Assembly (NCBI GenBank): GCA_951406725.2
Contig: OX597816.1
Span: 180,668,001-180,732,000 of the forward strand
Origin: Octopus vulgaris
Lineage: Eukaryota
Direction of reading: 5' to 3'
Length of the DNA: 64,000 nucleotides
Of this stretch, positions 51,831 to 64,000 are shown piece after piece; the first letter of the stretch is position 1; every line of letters starts with the position of its first letter. Both the position numbers and the translations under genes were made by a program. The notes beneath the pieces were generated by a model. The model made no database searches and was not told the origin of the DNA. It was given only the letters and a program-made list of their open reading frames with translations.

Positions 51831-52120
51831 TCTTACTTTAATGGGTCTTATGTCCGTCTGTCTCTTTGTCTGTTCCCCCTTTATGGCCAGACAGCTGGAC
51901 CAGTGTTAAGATATTTTTCAGGATTACAAAGACAGTCGTCAGGAAAGTTTTTAGCATTAAAAAATCAGAGAGTATGATTATTTCATGTATATTGATTTTT
52001 GAAGTGATAGACCACCTTCACATCGTTATTAAAAATTCACAGACCACAAGTAACTCTGGATTTTCATTGTATAGTTCATGACCCCATCATAGACACAAAA
52101 GGGGTCATGAGGACAGTTAA
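51831..52120 (+). mobile_element. Possible non-autonomous Helitron-like element
   Basis: A|TC start, gtcc/gtct microsatellite, subterminal hairpin catgacccc...ggggtcatg and a degenerate CTAG-like end. Confidence 0.35.
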
Positions 52121-52766
52121 TAGCAAAAATAAAATGGAAATAAGTGTGTGTCAGTATGTAGTGTGTATGATTGTTTAGTGGTTATTGAAGTTTGAGCAGG
52201 AGTCAAAACAGCTAATCAAAGTGGCTGTTATTTACATCCCAGTTTTGTCAATCAAAACAACCCATGGTACCAGAACATCCACACATTATTCACATAGAAC
52301 AGTGGGATTCAAGATTTTTCCCTTCAACAAATACACAAGGGATGACCCAAAGTACTAGAAGGTAATGCAATTATTCATAAACACATGAGAAATCCTAATT
52401 AGAAAAAAATTTATCTACCAGATGAATCCAATCCGATTACCATTGGATATTATTATTAATAATGTTCTCATTACTGTTACTAAAATAACTAAAAAAATTC
52501 ACTTAAGCAACCAACACACAACACACACACTCTCACGCACATACACATTTAAAAGCCTTCCAAAACAATTTGGTGGATTCTATTTTCTACAGCTGATTAC
52601 ATGACAACAGACCAAAAATACAATGACTAAAAGAAAATTGACATTTGACCTGACGTCAATTTCAAGCATCCCAGAGAAAGACTTCTTTCTTTCTTCCTGT
52701 CTTTCTTTTTTCCCTCTCTAACCAATCCTTCAAAAATTCACCACACATATTTAGATGCACACACAT

Positions 52767-52804
<38 letters not shown>

Positions 52805-54263
52805 TACACACACACCAGAGGATGCAAAATATCAAAGAATATCCTCCTCCTAATTCAACACCAGATTTTTTTCAACTAACTATAAAAGATATGAATTTTC
52901 TCTGAGCATATATCATTCGTGATGAATCTTTCAAAAAAGATGAGAGTGTTAATATTAATCCAAATTCCTGACTACCTCCTTTTTCTTAATATAAATAGAG
53001 TAGAAGGCATTTGCCCAAGGTGCCACTCAGTAGGACTGAACCAAAAACCATGTGTTTGGGAAGCAAACCTGCATCTACACACTTGTACAAATAATTCACA
53101 AAGCCATAATTCTTGTAAGTCCAATCATGCACAAACATCTTTGTTTACATCAAAATACGAAGAGGAAGGACATTGTGTTATCAACAAACACAATGTTTTG
53201 TAATTTCTTTTTTTTAAGTTTTAAAAAGATTTAACACAGGAGAAACTTGCCCACACAAATAACCAAAAAGAAGAACATTCTGGATGGGAGACTGCGAGAA
53301 AATACAGATAATAAGACACTGCAAAATTATTTGTTTGATTAAAATAAGCTGTTGGACATAATTCTGTGAAAAGAGTACACCGAACTATAGAAGATATAGA
53401 ACCACAGACCTGGACACATCAAAAATACTTCACAACACCTCTACAAAATACTTCAACATCAGAATCATGTCACTAAAAATAGCAGACTGATATCTCTAAA
53501 CACACACCTTAAAATTTCAAGGAATTAATGTAGTCTGAGGTACATATAAAAAGACAAGATGGTCACGGTTGGAATGCTTTTGAGCATAGCTTAATCAGGG
53601 CTAACCTGAGGTCAAGCAACAACAACAACCTGGACACCACTACAACACATTAGAATACTACAAGATCACACTAGAACACTACCCACCCCTAGCATCACCC
53701 AAAGCATCAAGTACTACTATATACATTTAAGGCTTCCTTCAGTTATGAATGACCATAGGATCGCACCTAAAAAGTTCCCTAATGAGGCTTAAGTCTGGAC
53801 AAGGTTATTTGTGGAAGTAGTCACTCATACATGCTAGTCTCCCCTCTCCACACCGTCAATGTTATCCAAGGGAATGACAAAGGCCAATACAGCTTGGCAC
53901 CAGCGATATTGCAACTCATTTCAACAGCTGAGTGAACTGGAGCAACAAGAAATAGTGTGTCTTGCTCAAGAACACAACACATTCAAAAATTGAACTGACA
54001 ACCACATGATAATAAGCTTGATACTAACCACTGAGCAATGTGCCTTGGCATACAATAAGCCACAAGTATTCGAACATAGTACACACCAATAATATATAAT
54101 AAAGAATTATTTATTGAGATGAATTACTCACTCACCATCTACATGGGAAACAGTAGTTAACGAGGTGAGTGTCTAAAAAAATCTAATTAAAAATAATTAT
54201 GCAGTGAGGAAAACCTCATTCGTTCAATAATTAAATATTGCTTTAATAATTTAGGCAAGTAAG

Positions 54264-54731
54264 CAGAGCTGAATAAAGACCCATAGAGGCCCTGAGCACT
54301 TAAAAGGTTTTGTGCCCTCAAGTATATGTAAATGGTTCAAAACACTCAATGGTTCAAAATGCAAACAAAAATAATTCAGAATGTAAACAATAATAAACCA
54401 TACAATAAATTTTTATTTTCCAAAATGAAACAAAATTCACAATAAGATGGAAAATAATGTTTATCTTTGTATGCTTCCATTTTATATATATTTGAAAATC
54501 TTTTCTTTTTTTTTTTTTCAGTTTCAAGGCGTTCAATGATATCGTTAAAATTGATTTTACATAAAACTTCTGCTTCTATACTTCGTAGAGATAAAGCATA
54601 AGAATATTATTTTAGCAAGTTTAAAGTGATTTCTTTTGTGCCGTAAACTATTTTCGTTTCTGTGGTGCCCCCTCCTTCCCTTGATGCTTTAAGCACATGT
54701 TTATTTTGCTTAATGGGTTAATCCAGCACTC
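54264..54731 (-). mobile_element. hAT non-autonomous element with a transposase C-terminal remnant
   Basis: Exact 8-bp TSD caagtaag (54256-54263, 54732-54739); imperfect TIRs cagagctgaataaa / ttaatccagcactc; minus strand ALSLRSIEAEVLCKINFNDIIE. Confidence 0.85.
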
Positions 54732-55152
54732 CAAGTAAGGTGGCAAGCTATCAGAACCATTAGCATGTCAGGCAAAATGCTTAGCGATATTTCATCTGTC
54801 TTTACGTTCTGAGTTCAAATTCCACTGAGGTCAACTTTGCCTTTCATCCTTGCAGGGTCAATAAAATAAGTACCATTTGAACACTGGGATCACTAAACAT
54901 TTCTGGCCCTGTGCCAAAATTTGAAACCAATAATTTAGGCCAAGTACACAAGATAACTCCCCACCCAAAAAAAGAGCTATGGTATTTCTTTAAATTTCCT
55001 GAGTAAATCATAACTTTCACTAAACTTGCCCAAGTAGTGATAAGGGAATCTAAGTACATGTAAAACATTGAACACTAATCGGTTTAGAGAAAAAAAAATC
55101 AGCGCTTTTTTAAAAATGAATTATTGAATTTAATTACTAATGGATATCTTAC

Positions 55153-55233
55153 CATATTTGTTCCCAAAATATACAAATACAGCAGGAACTGTGAAACTGT
55201 CGGTGGAGCAAAGGGCTATAGCCTCCTCACATT
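55153..55233 (-). CDS. Internal coding exon (81 nt, phase 1-1) of a probable NACHT/WD40 (NWD1/NWD2-like) gene, DUF4062-type region
   Basis: attattacag|AATGTGAG...AAATATG|gtaaga. The only open frame gives (E)CEEAIALCSTDSFTVPAVFVYFGNKY(G), matching the NWD-family pattern C-x-E-x-[IV]-x-x-C-x3-S-x2/3-P-x6-G-x-x-Y-G as recalled. An alternative acceptor at 55341 keeps the same frame. Confidence 0.62.
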
Positions 55234-55371
55234 CTGTAATAATACTCAAGTGTGGCATAAAAATAGTTTGCCAGGTGACTAGGCTTAGTATATTGCATGG
55301 ATTAGAGAGTGATACTAGTTGAGCAATGGTGACCAACAGCCTACAGGTAAAATGAATTGGATGATGAATAA

Positions 55372-55780
55372 TCTTTTATCATTTACTTGTTTCAGTTATC
55401 AGACTGTGGTCATGCTGGGGCACTACCTTGAAGAATTTTAGTCTAACTTATCAACCCCAGTACTCACTTTTTTTTGTAAAGCCAGGTACTTATTTTATTG
55501 GTCTCTCTTGTCAAACTGCTAAGTTACAGGGATGTAAACACCAAAACCAGTTATCAAATGGTGGTGGGGGACACCAGTTATCAAATGGTGTATGCATGTG
55601 TGTGTGTGTGTGTGTTAATATATATTCAATGAGCTTCTTTCAGCTTCCATCTACCAAATCCACTGACAAGGCTTTGATCAGCCCAAGGCTAAAGCTGAAG
55701 ACACTTGCCCAAGGTGCCACACACTGGGACTGAACATGGAATCTGGTAGTTAGGAAGCAAACTTCTTACCACACAGCCAC
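55372..55780 (-). mobile_element. SINE family A, full length
   Basis: Reverse-complement homolog of 1792-2160. Confidence 0.85.
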
Positions 55781-57867
55781 AATTGCAATTAGAATTTTCA
55801 AATATCAAGCACCTGCTACAGTAGATGAATATTGGGAGGAGTATAATATTATTGCACACTCTATGAATTCTAGTGTAAGGTAAGCAGGTAATGTTTTTTG
55901 TATGTATTAATTTTTATTTCTGATGGAAATTGCTATTTATTAACCTTTCCTACTTGATTAAATTTTATAAATGGAAAATATGTTTCCGTGATTTGAAATT
56001 GCTTATGCAGTAAATTTATAATAACTGCATAATATACCAAATGCCAAATTGTACAGCTTATGGTTACAATTTTGAAAAATTATTATGTCAAATGTATAAT
56101 TTTGCACCTGACATATAGTGTTGGTGACATTTGATTACTGCTATGTAATTAAGTCAATGATGATTTTTAGTCTTCAAATTGGCCTTGAAGTCAATACTGG
56201 CTTTGGCTAATTTTCTTCATCAAAAACTAATAATGTTAACACTGTTTTAAAGTATGAGATTTGTAAATATTATAATTTAATAGAAAATTACACATTACTA
56301 TTAATTGACATTCCATCATATGGCTACAAATGCAAGTTTGAGAAGAAATTCAAGTGATTCAGCTAAGATACATTACTGTTTATGATTTAAGAAGTATAGT
56401 AGTCCTTATAATAAAAGGGTTTATGTAAGTATGTCTATGTATGTAACTGAAACACTAACAATCAGCCTTCTTACTCTCTATGGCATCCTCTTTAAGTAAC
56501 TCCTACCTCATAATGTTCCTCAATCTAAACCATTTCTCTAAAGGAATGAAATAGAAAACATAAAAGAGTTCTTTGAGGTTTTTTTTCTGGCAGCCAAGAG
56601 TATCTATGACGAGATACTTGTTTTATTGCAGCCGACAGAAAAATCTATATCACATATATATTTCTCCGGCAAAAGTGATTTTTATGCATGTTAGCTAATC
56701 TCAGTGTTCAACAAGGGAGTATCAACATAGTCACTTGACATGCTGCAATGAGCAGGCCTCGGGTCACACCTTACCATCAGTAGTTTTGGCTCAATCAATA
56801 AAGCAAGAAATAGATATCTCAAACAATGTAGATCTTGATTTACAGAAAGATGGTATGGTTATGACTGGAACACCATACCTCAGAGGTCTGATCAACCAGA
56901 GCTTATCTTGGGCTAAACAAGCTAACATGGTCTGCATGATTGCTTGACCAGTAAGATATATCATCCAAGTTTCCCTCAAATCACACCCCACCATCTTAAA
57001 TTTTAAAAAGATACATTAGAAAATATGGTCCTGTGTAGTTTTGGCTTCACTCTAAATCAATAAAACCAACTCAGGTTTTGTTTTTATTATTCACACAAAC
57101 CAACCAATGAATTTTAATTTGGCAACTAGAAACATTATCTTCATTCAATTTGGGTCACTGCTTTTGGCTTCCTTTACTATGACCAAACCTATGATAAAAG
57201 ACATGTCTTCAATCAAAAATGATAAGATTAAATTCTTTGGCTATATTTTCATATTCTAAAGAACACCACAGACAAAGTATATCTGATTTCAGCTGCTGCA
57301 GAATTTGTTTCCCAAAATGAGAATAGCCAAAAGAATTTCAGCAGATTCTGACTGGTTGGATGGTAAATTGAGTTGAGTTATTAATCCAAGTATCATAATT
57401 ACAATTACCGTTCTCTCTTAGAATGGCAACCTGTAATTTATATTTTTCTATATACACATAACAAATTTTAATCAATGCCTGTAAACCACCCAGTTACAAA
57501 ATAATAAAACTCATACAAAGCATGTGTATAGGCATGAAAATATGCAACTCGTGTATATTTTCCATGTCTGTAGTTAAGTGCAATATCATCTTTTAACATC
57601 AGTTTACATTAGGCATGTCAATGAGAAACATAAACATGATTAAATAAATCTAAAAGCATAGACAAGTGTTTTGACCATCATTTCTGCAATGCTTACCACA
57701 TTTTTATATAAATTCCCTTCCCATCACCTTGAAGGCAGTTATGCAGTGTCTGCACAAATATGTACAAATGTATACAAATTTAAACAAAAACAAAAAAAAT
57801 AGATATACAACTTGATTTCTGTGCATGTGTGTGTGTGAGTGTGTGTGTGTATACATACATACATATA

Positions 57868-58049
57868 CAGTAATCCCTCGCCATATTATTTACACTTACA
57901 CCAATTCTCCCATGATGGTGTCTTGCATTTATAATAAAATAAATATATACAAATAATAAAAAAAATACAGCATTGTTTCTACTTCACAGATTTTTACCTA
58001 TCATGGGAGATTTTGCAACGTAACACCCACAATAGTTGAGGGATTACTA
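57868..58049 (+). mobile_element. Tc1/mariner/pogo-type MITE
   Basis: TA-cagtaatccctcg ... tgagggattacta-TA. Confidence 0.78.
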
Positions 58050-58141
58050 TATATATGTATATCATGCAGCTCTGTGAATTCAATGATGTTACATGTTTTA
58101 GAACTATCTTCTGAGTGTGCATGCATGAGTGTTTATGGGTA

Positions 58142-58201
<60 letters not shown>

Positions 58202-58291
58202 TAATAACTAATGTAGGATAAAAATTTTTTTGAAACCAAAAAATTCTATCAATGGCCAGCATATCAAAAAAATACCTTTAAAGGTTAAATT

Positions 58292-58664
58292 TATATATAA
58301 CTTATAAAATGAGGGCAAAAGAAAAATTCTAATGCCAAATATGCCGAAAAAAGACAAAATTGTCAATAACCATTATAATTTATGTGTCTCGAAACATGCC
58401 AATAGAAATTTCTAAAACATTCCGTTATTACCGTATTAGTCCCAATTTCAGGGTTAATTCATAAGAATTTTCCCCTCGTCAGCTGAATTCTTATGAATTA
58501 ACCCCGAAATTGGGACCAATACGGTAATAACGGAATTTTTTAGAAATTTCTATTGGCATGTTTCGAGACGCATAAATTATAATGGTTATTGACAATTTTG
58601 TCTTTTTTTCGGCATATTTGGCATTAGAATTTTTCTTTTGCCCTCATTTTATAAGTTATATATA
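58292..58664. repeat. Long palindrome, ~178-bp arms, 16-nt spacer
   Basis: 58292-58469 matches the reverse complement of 58486-58664 with only a handful of differences. Confidence 0.95.
58431..58485 (-). ncRNA. Type I hammerhead ribozyme motif with canonical core and truncated stem I
   Basis: CAG-CTGACGA-GGGG-AA-AATTC(TTAT)GAATT-AA-CCCT-GAA-ATTG(GGAC)TAAT-A-CGG. Confidence 0.68.
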
Positions 58665-58674
58665 TATATATATA

Positions 58675-58859
58675 TGATAGATTGCTAGCCACTACACATT
58701 CTATATTTTCTCTCTTTGTTTCTTTCTGTGTTCCTTTCTGTGGAAGAGCTTAGGCTCGAAATGTTAAAGACTTTTTCACTTCCCGAGCATTATACTAATA
58801 CACCTGTTTGTTGTCTACACTACCTGTCTTCGTCTTTTGTTTTTTTGTGAATTCTCCCT
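58675..58859 (+). mobile_element. Penelope-type fragment with hammerhead-like motif at 58734-58769
   Basis: CTTT-CTGTGGA-A-GAGC(TTAG)GCTC-GAAA-TG-TT-AAAG; flanked by (TA)n on both sides. Confidence 0.6.
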
Positions 58860-59317
58860 ATATATATATATACACACAGGTAGATATAAACATATGCATC
58901 TGCGCACACACACACACCTTTGTATATCTAAGTATTTCTTTCTCATTTATCCCATCTAATTGACATGCACTGTTTACATGTTAATATGATGTATTCACTA
59001 CTATCTTCATCTATTTATCTCTCTAATAAAAGTTCATCTTTGCTTTTTTGACCTACACAATGTTTCATGCTACCTAAACCACGAACAGAAGCTTTCTCTC
59101 ACATTTATTTCAAGAACTACAACAAACAACATGACGTGCAATTCTCTTTTCTTCGTGTATTTTTGTGCCACCATGTTTTTACTGGCTTTCTTTTGGCCAT
59201 CTAAATAACTAAACTAATACACTACAATCCATAAAGAGAGCTTAACCATGATCATTCATCATGCTAGAAATATCAGCCAAATCTGACTCATATACTTCTG
59301 GAAAGAGTGAGAGAAAG

Positions 59318-59481
59318 ATGTGGCGAAAGAGTCAGCAGAATTTCGCTATTACCTTCTGCTTGATCCACGTGGAGCTTAGGTGTTTCACTCATAAACACAC
59401 ACATCACCTGGTCTGAGATTCGAACCTGCGATCCTTCGACCGCGAGTCTGCTACTCTAACCACTAGGCCATGTTCCTCCAC
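59318..59481 (-). mobile_element. tRNA-derived SINE head (third family)
   Basis: A box TGGCCTAGTGG and B box GGTTCGAATC, followed by a non-tRNA body; related heads near 18040-18185, 19560-19665 and 53930-54050. Confidence 0.75.
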
Positions 59482-59515
59482 TGATAGTATAAGTATCATC
59501 AATATATTGATTGTA

Positions 59516-59707
59516 AGGCAACAAGCTGGCAAAATCATTAGGGCACTGGGAAAAATGCTTAGCAGCACTTCGTTTGTCTTGTTCTGAGTTCAACTACTGC
59601 TGAGGTCAACTTCACCTTTCATTCTTTCAGTGAAGCACTGGGGTTGATGTAATCAACCTGCCCACTTCTCCAAACTTGCTGGCCTTGTACCAAAATTTGA
59701 AACCAAT
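59516..59707 (+). mobile_element. Family B SINE with TSD
   Basis: TSD aatatattgattg at 59501 and 59708. Confidence 0.85.
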
Positions 59708-60400
59708 AATATATTGATTGATATAATTGGGGATAGGGGATCAATTTAGTTGACCATAGCACTAAAAAAAATCTCTCTTAGCATCACACAAAACATCCAC
59801 TCACTCACCAAGACACAAGTATCACTCAAACACTCCTCTATCAACACACTACAAACCACCAGCCCAAAGACAGGCTTTGTCTCTCTGTGTGCTCTACTAC
59901 TACTACCACTACTACTATAATTTCTTTTGTTTTACTGATTTATCTGCCTGCACCTCCAACCACCTGCCACACCAACCTCTCCTCAGTATCATACTTATTG
60001 TATCTTACCTCCCACTGTAAATGCTTTCCCCCAATCCTTCTTTACTTACCACAGCTGCAACTCTCTAAAAGTTCCCTTCAAGAAAATCCTATTCCTAAAG
60101 ACATTAAACACTACAGATCTTCAAACTGAATACCAACCAAATCAACAATCTCAGCTGATAACAGAGATCAAATCATTCAAGATGTAAATATTGATAAAAT
60201 TTTCATTTCTAAAGATGAGATTAATAGGACCCAAAATTATAATCTTAGACAAAATCCTTTTTTTTTTTGTTACATGACAACCTAAATGTTTCAAGTTATA
60301 TTTAATTTTCTTTCCCCATTCTTTTGTAGAATTTCTGTTTTGCATCTTGTTTTCAGTAGACATATCATACCAGTAAATTTCTTAATACCTCTTTCCTACA

Positions 60401-60435
<35 letters not shown>

Positions 60436-61666
60436 AACACACATGTATACATATCAACCCAATAAGGTTCGAAAATCGGTTAAGGTTGTTCATCATTTTT
60501 CATCTTAGCTAAAATTTGCCCTGTTGATAATTATGTTATATATATATATATATATAACTGCTAATGACTGAAGCAAATAAAAGAATAGATATATAATATA
60601 TATATACACACACACACAAGCACACACGCATTACCATTAGAGTATGCCCATGTGTTCATTTAGTTCTTTAATTAGTCCAAAGCTGTGTTCTGGCAAGATC
60701 ACTGTAAGAACATCTGATAACATTCATAGGAATATATTATGTGTGCACACATGTTTATAATTCCAGTTTTAACTTTATAAAGTGTTATAAATAGAAAAGG
60801 AGGGTTAATCAGTTCACACAGGTGAGACTTTGCATTATATACATTATATACATACATATTCAGACATGTGAACAAAGAAACACGCACACACAGACATAGA
60901 TTATGTAGTTGAAGATATATATGTATATATCCTTCTTTTATTTAAATATGATGTCTTTGTAATATCAAATAAATTGGCTAGTGTTTATGTGTGTGTGTGT
61001 GTGTGTATGTATACACACACACACACACATATATAATACAATCATATAAGAAGCTACATAGTATTTTTATAAAATATTTCAGTAAGTGTGTTTTAATCAC
61101 AGATACTTATGGAATACACCACAGACTGCAGATATTTATATTATAATCAATTAATCTGATATTGGAACCATGGCCAAAGAAAGTTAACTCTCACCAGCCC
61201 AATGCATTTGGTTGTGAGCAGGTACCACAGTGTTGTATATAGTTCACCATTAATGGTAGTGTGGTTAAAAAGCTCACTTTGCAGCCAAATGGTTTCAAGT
61301 TCAATTCCACTGTGTGGCATCTTGGGCAAAAATGTCTTCTACTATAACCCTAGTCCAATCAATGCATTGTAATTTGGTAGATGGGAACTGTGTTGAAGCC
61401 CACCATATGTGCCCTCATATATTTGCCACAACACTTGTTACCTCCCACCCCAGTAAACTTCTATATTTCTCTTCATCATTTGCTACAACCACCTCAATCC
61501 TGCCTACTCACCCACTCCATCATCTCACCTATTTTCACTACCCCAATATCACTCAAAGGCATTTTCTGGTACATCTTTGCCTTCATCTATTTCACTATCG
61601 CTCTCTTTATCTTAGTCTCAAACTCACTTTCCTTTCTTTTCCAATTGTGGTATCCAATGTATTAAA

Positions 61667-61896
61667 GGCGGCGAGCTGGCAGAAACGTTAGCACGCCGGG
61701 CGAAATGCTTAGCAGTATTTCGTCTGCGTTACGTTGTGAGTTCAAATTCCACCGAGGTCGACTTTGCCTTTCATCCTTTCGGGGTCGATAAATTAAGTAC
61801 CAGTTATGCACTGGGGTCGATGTAATCGACTTAATACCTATGTCTGTCCTTGTTTGTCCCCTCTGTGTTTAGCCCCTTGTGGGTAATAAAGAAATA
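61667..61896 (+). mobile_element. Young family B SINE with a variant 3' tail
   Basis: CpG-rich ggcggcgagctggcagaaacgttagcacgccgggcg...; TSD ggtatcca(at/c)gtattaa at 61649 and 61897. Confidence 0.9.
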
Positions 61897-64000
61897 GGTA
61901 TCCACGTATTAACTCTACAGTTAGACACCCATCTTTGTCCCTCTGTAAAGTGGTTGGTGTTAGGAAGGGCATCCAGCTGTAGAAACCAGGCCAAAACAGA
62001 CAACTGAACCTGATACAGCCCCTGGACTTACCAGCTCCTCCTGTCAAACTGTCCGACTCATGCCAGCATGAAAAACAGATATATGATGATGATGATGTCA
62101 GACAGACAGACAGAGGGATATGTGTTTGTGTGTCTGTGTTTTGTCCCCTACCTGACAGCCAGTGCTGGTTTGTTTACATACCTGTAAATTAGCAGTTCAA
62201 CAAAAGGGACCAATAGAATATGTACCAGACTTACTGGGATCAATTTTTAATAAGACTAAAAACCTTCAAGGTGCAACTTCGGTATGGCTGTAATCTAATG
62301 ACAGAAGCAAATATAAGATAAAAGATAAATGTTGTTTGAACTCCAACGTTCTCATGGGTTTCGTTTAAGATAAAAGTACAAATATCACTCAGCTTTCAGT
62401 TTCATTACTCAAATCCCAAGATGTACAGAATTGCTCAACACACTTCATACCAACATAAGAATGCATTTGATAGTCTGTTCCAGGAAACAACCAGAATGCT
62501 CAATGCATGATTAATTGCCTCTTGTGCTACAGAGGTCTGCAAAAGCAAAACTGACTCAAAATGCAATTCTATAACAAACCACATCGAACTAAGAGATTTC
62601 CTAAGTAATTGAACCAAGCAGCTCAATCTCCTTTAACATACCCACTAGTCTTCATATTATAAGAATTGCTGAGCTGTAGGTCAGTAGTATAATCAATATG
62701 AACCAGAGTGCTGTTGTTTAGTCTTACCTATAACCATTCCAATATTTCCCCAGTACAGTATAACTAGGACAACACTACCAAGTATAAACTTCCTTTTTTA
62801 AAACTGGTAGCATATGACTAGAGGAAGCTTTGGCTGCTATTTATAGCAATTTAAGGCAACTATGTAGAGGCTCCCACACTGGCTCACATGAACCTGGTTA
62901 GTTTTGTTGATATTTCTCATTTGCAATGTCTTCATACTTTGTAATTAATAGAAACCACTGTGAGAAGGAAGGGTGAAAGTGGTTTTTTGATTTTTTCATG
63001 TCTTGTAGCATTAAGTGCAGTAAACAAAAGGCATAAAGTGGAATTAACAAAAACATATTTCCTACATGTATGTATCCGGGACTTGGTCTTTGTTGATGCA
63101 ATAATGCTAACCATAATGAAAGCAGAATGTTTAGATAAAAATGCCTATTACATGGCCAATTGAATACCATAACTAACATTGAGTAGATGGGAGGGAGAAG
63201 GGTTACTCAACAATAACAAATCACATAGCCATGACTACCAACGTCAAACAGCAGAAACAAATCAGAAAAATTAATTACATTTCTTAATAATTAACTAATT
63301 ATCCAGCAGGAAGATGCTTCTCACCACACACACAGTGAGAAGCCATTTGCTACAGAACACTAATTAACAGCCACAAAAACTATATCCCAGTATACTCTCA
63401 CTGATTTTGCTATCCCAGCTATTGAGAGCTCTGCTCTTCTATAATTGTTAACTACCGTTTAAATCCTTCACCATCATTTAAATCCATCCCTGCAACATGG
63501 TCAACAAACTTAATAAAAATAGCAGCCAAATTTTCTTCAAAACATGCCTGCCATCTTAAGGACATTAGATAATATCACCCTGGGTTGCTCTAAGTCTTAG
63601 CTGGAAGGTTTTCCTATCACAAGACTGATCAAGATTCATAAAGAGCTAAACAGCCACTAAGCTCTCACTTAACTTATGTTTTCCTTCATAACGGTATACC
63701 TGAGAAAATTTCCCCTATCATTATCTTAAATTACTTAATTAGTGAGTGGTTCTCTGTTCAAATTTTAGATATCTTCTCGCAAACTCATGTGGTCTAGTGA
63801 GTATGTAACTGGACTCTTGATTATAAGATTAGGGGTTAGATTGCCATCCTGAAATGCAGAAAATATGATTGTCAGTGTTATGTTGGCACAGCAGAGTTAA
63901 CAAGTCAGCAGTAAGACCAAAACCTCCAGGCATGGAAAAGGTTATGTTTAGCAGTGGACTGATATACCCTCATTTTACACTTTTTTCCCTTTGCTCCACA

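Noticed and set aside
59400-59481. tRNA gene candidate
   Set aside because: No clean acceptor stem and it continues into a SINE body; called as a SINE head.

Overview
AT-rich, microsatellite-dense eukaryotic DNA. Its repeat families look like those of an octopus (coleoid cephalopod) genome, which is recognition from memory and not a database result. Most of the window is non-coding and made of interspersed repeats: two main tRNA-derived SINE families in many copies, RTE LINE fragments and 3' tails, mariner, maT, hAT and Chapaev3-like DNA-transposon relics, and piggyBac-, hAT- and Tc1/mariner-type MITEs. Almost all ORFs in the supplied track are spurious or transposon debris. One probable host exon was found (55153-55233, minus strand), encoding a motif like the N-terminal DUF4062-type region of NWD1/NWD2 NACHT-WD40 proteins, so the window may be mostly a very large intron. 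The most interesting signals are: (1) short elements, usually beside (TA)n tracts, carrying minimal type-I hammerhead-ribozyme motifs of the Penelope-like-element kind, including a canonical core at the centre of a ~370-bp palindrome; (2) many local fold-back duplications and one templated inverted insertion; (3) a structurally intact 5S rRNA copy fused to a SINE body, a possible 5S-headed chimeric SINE. All alignments and folds were done by eye and coordinates of degraded repeats are approximate.
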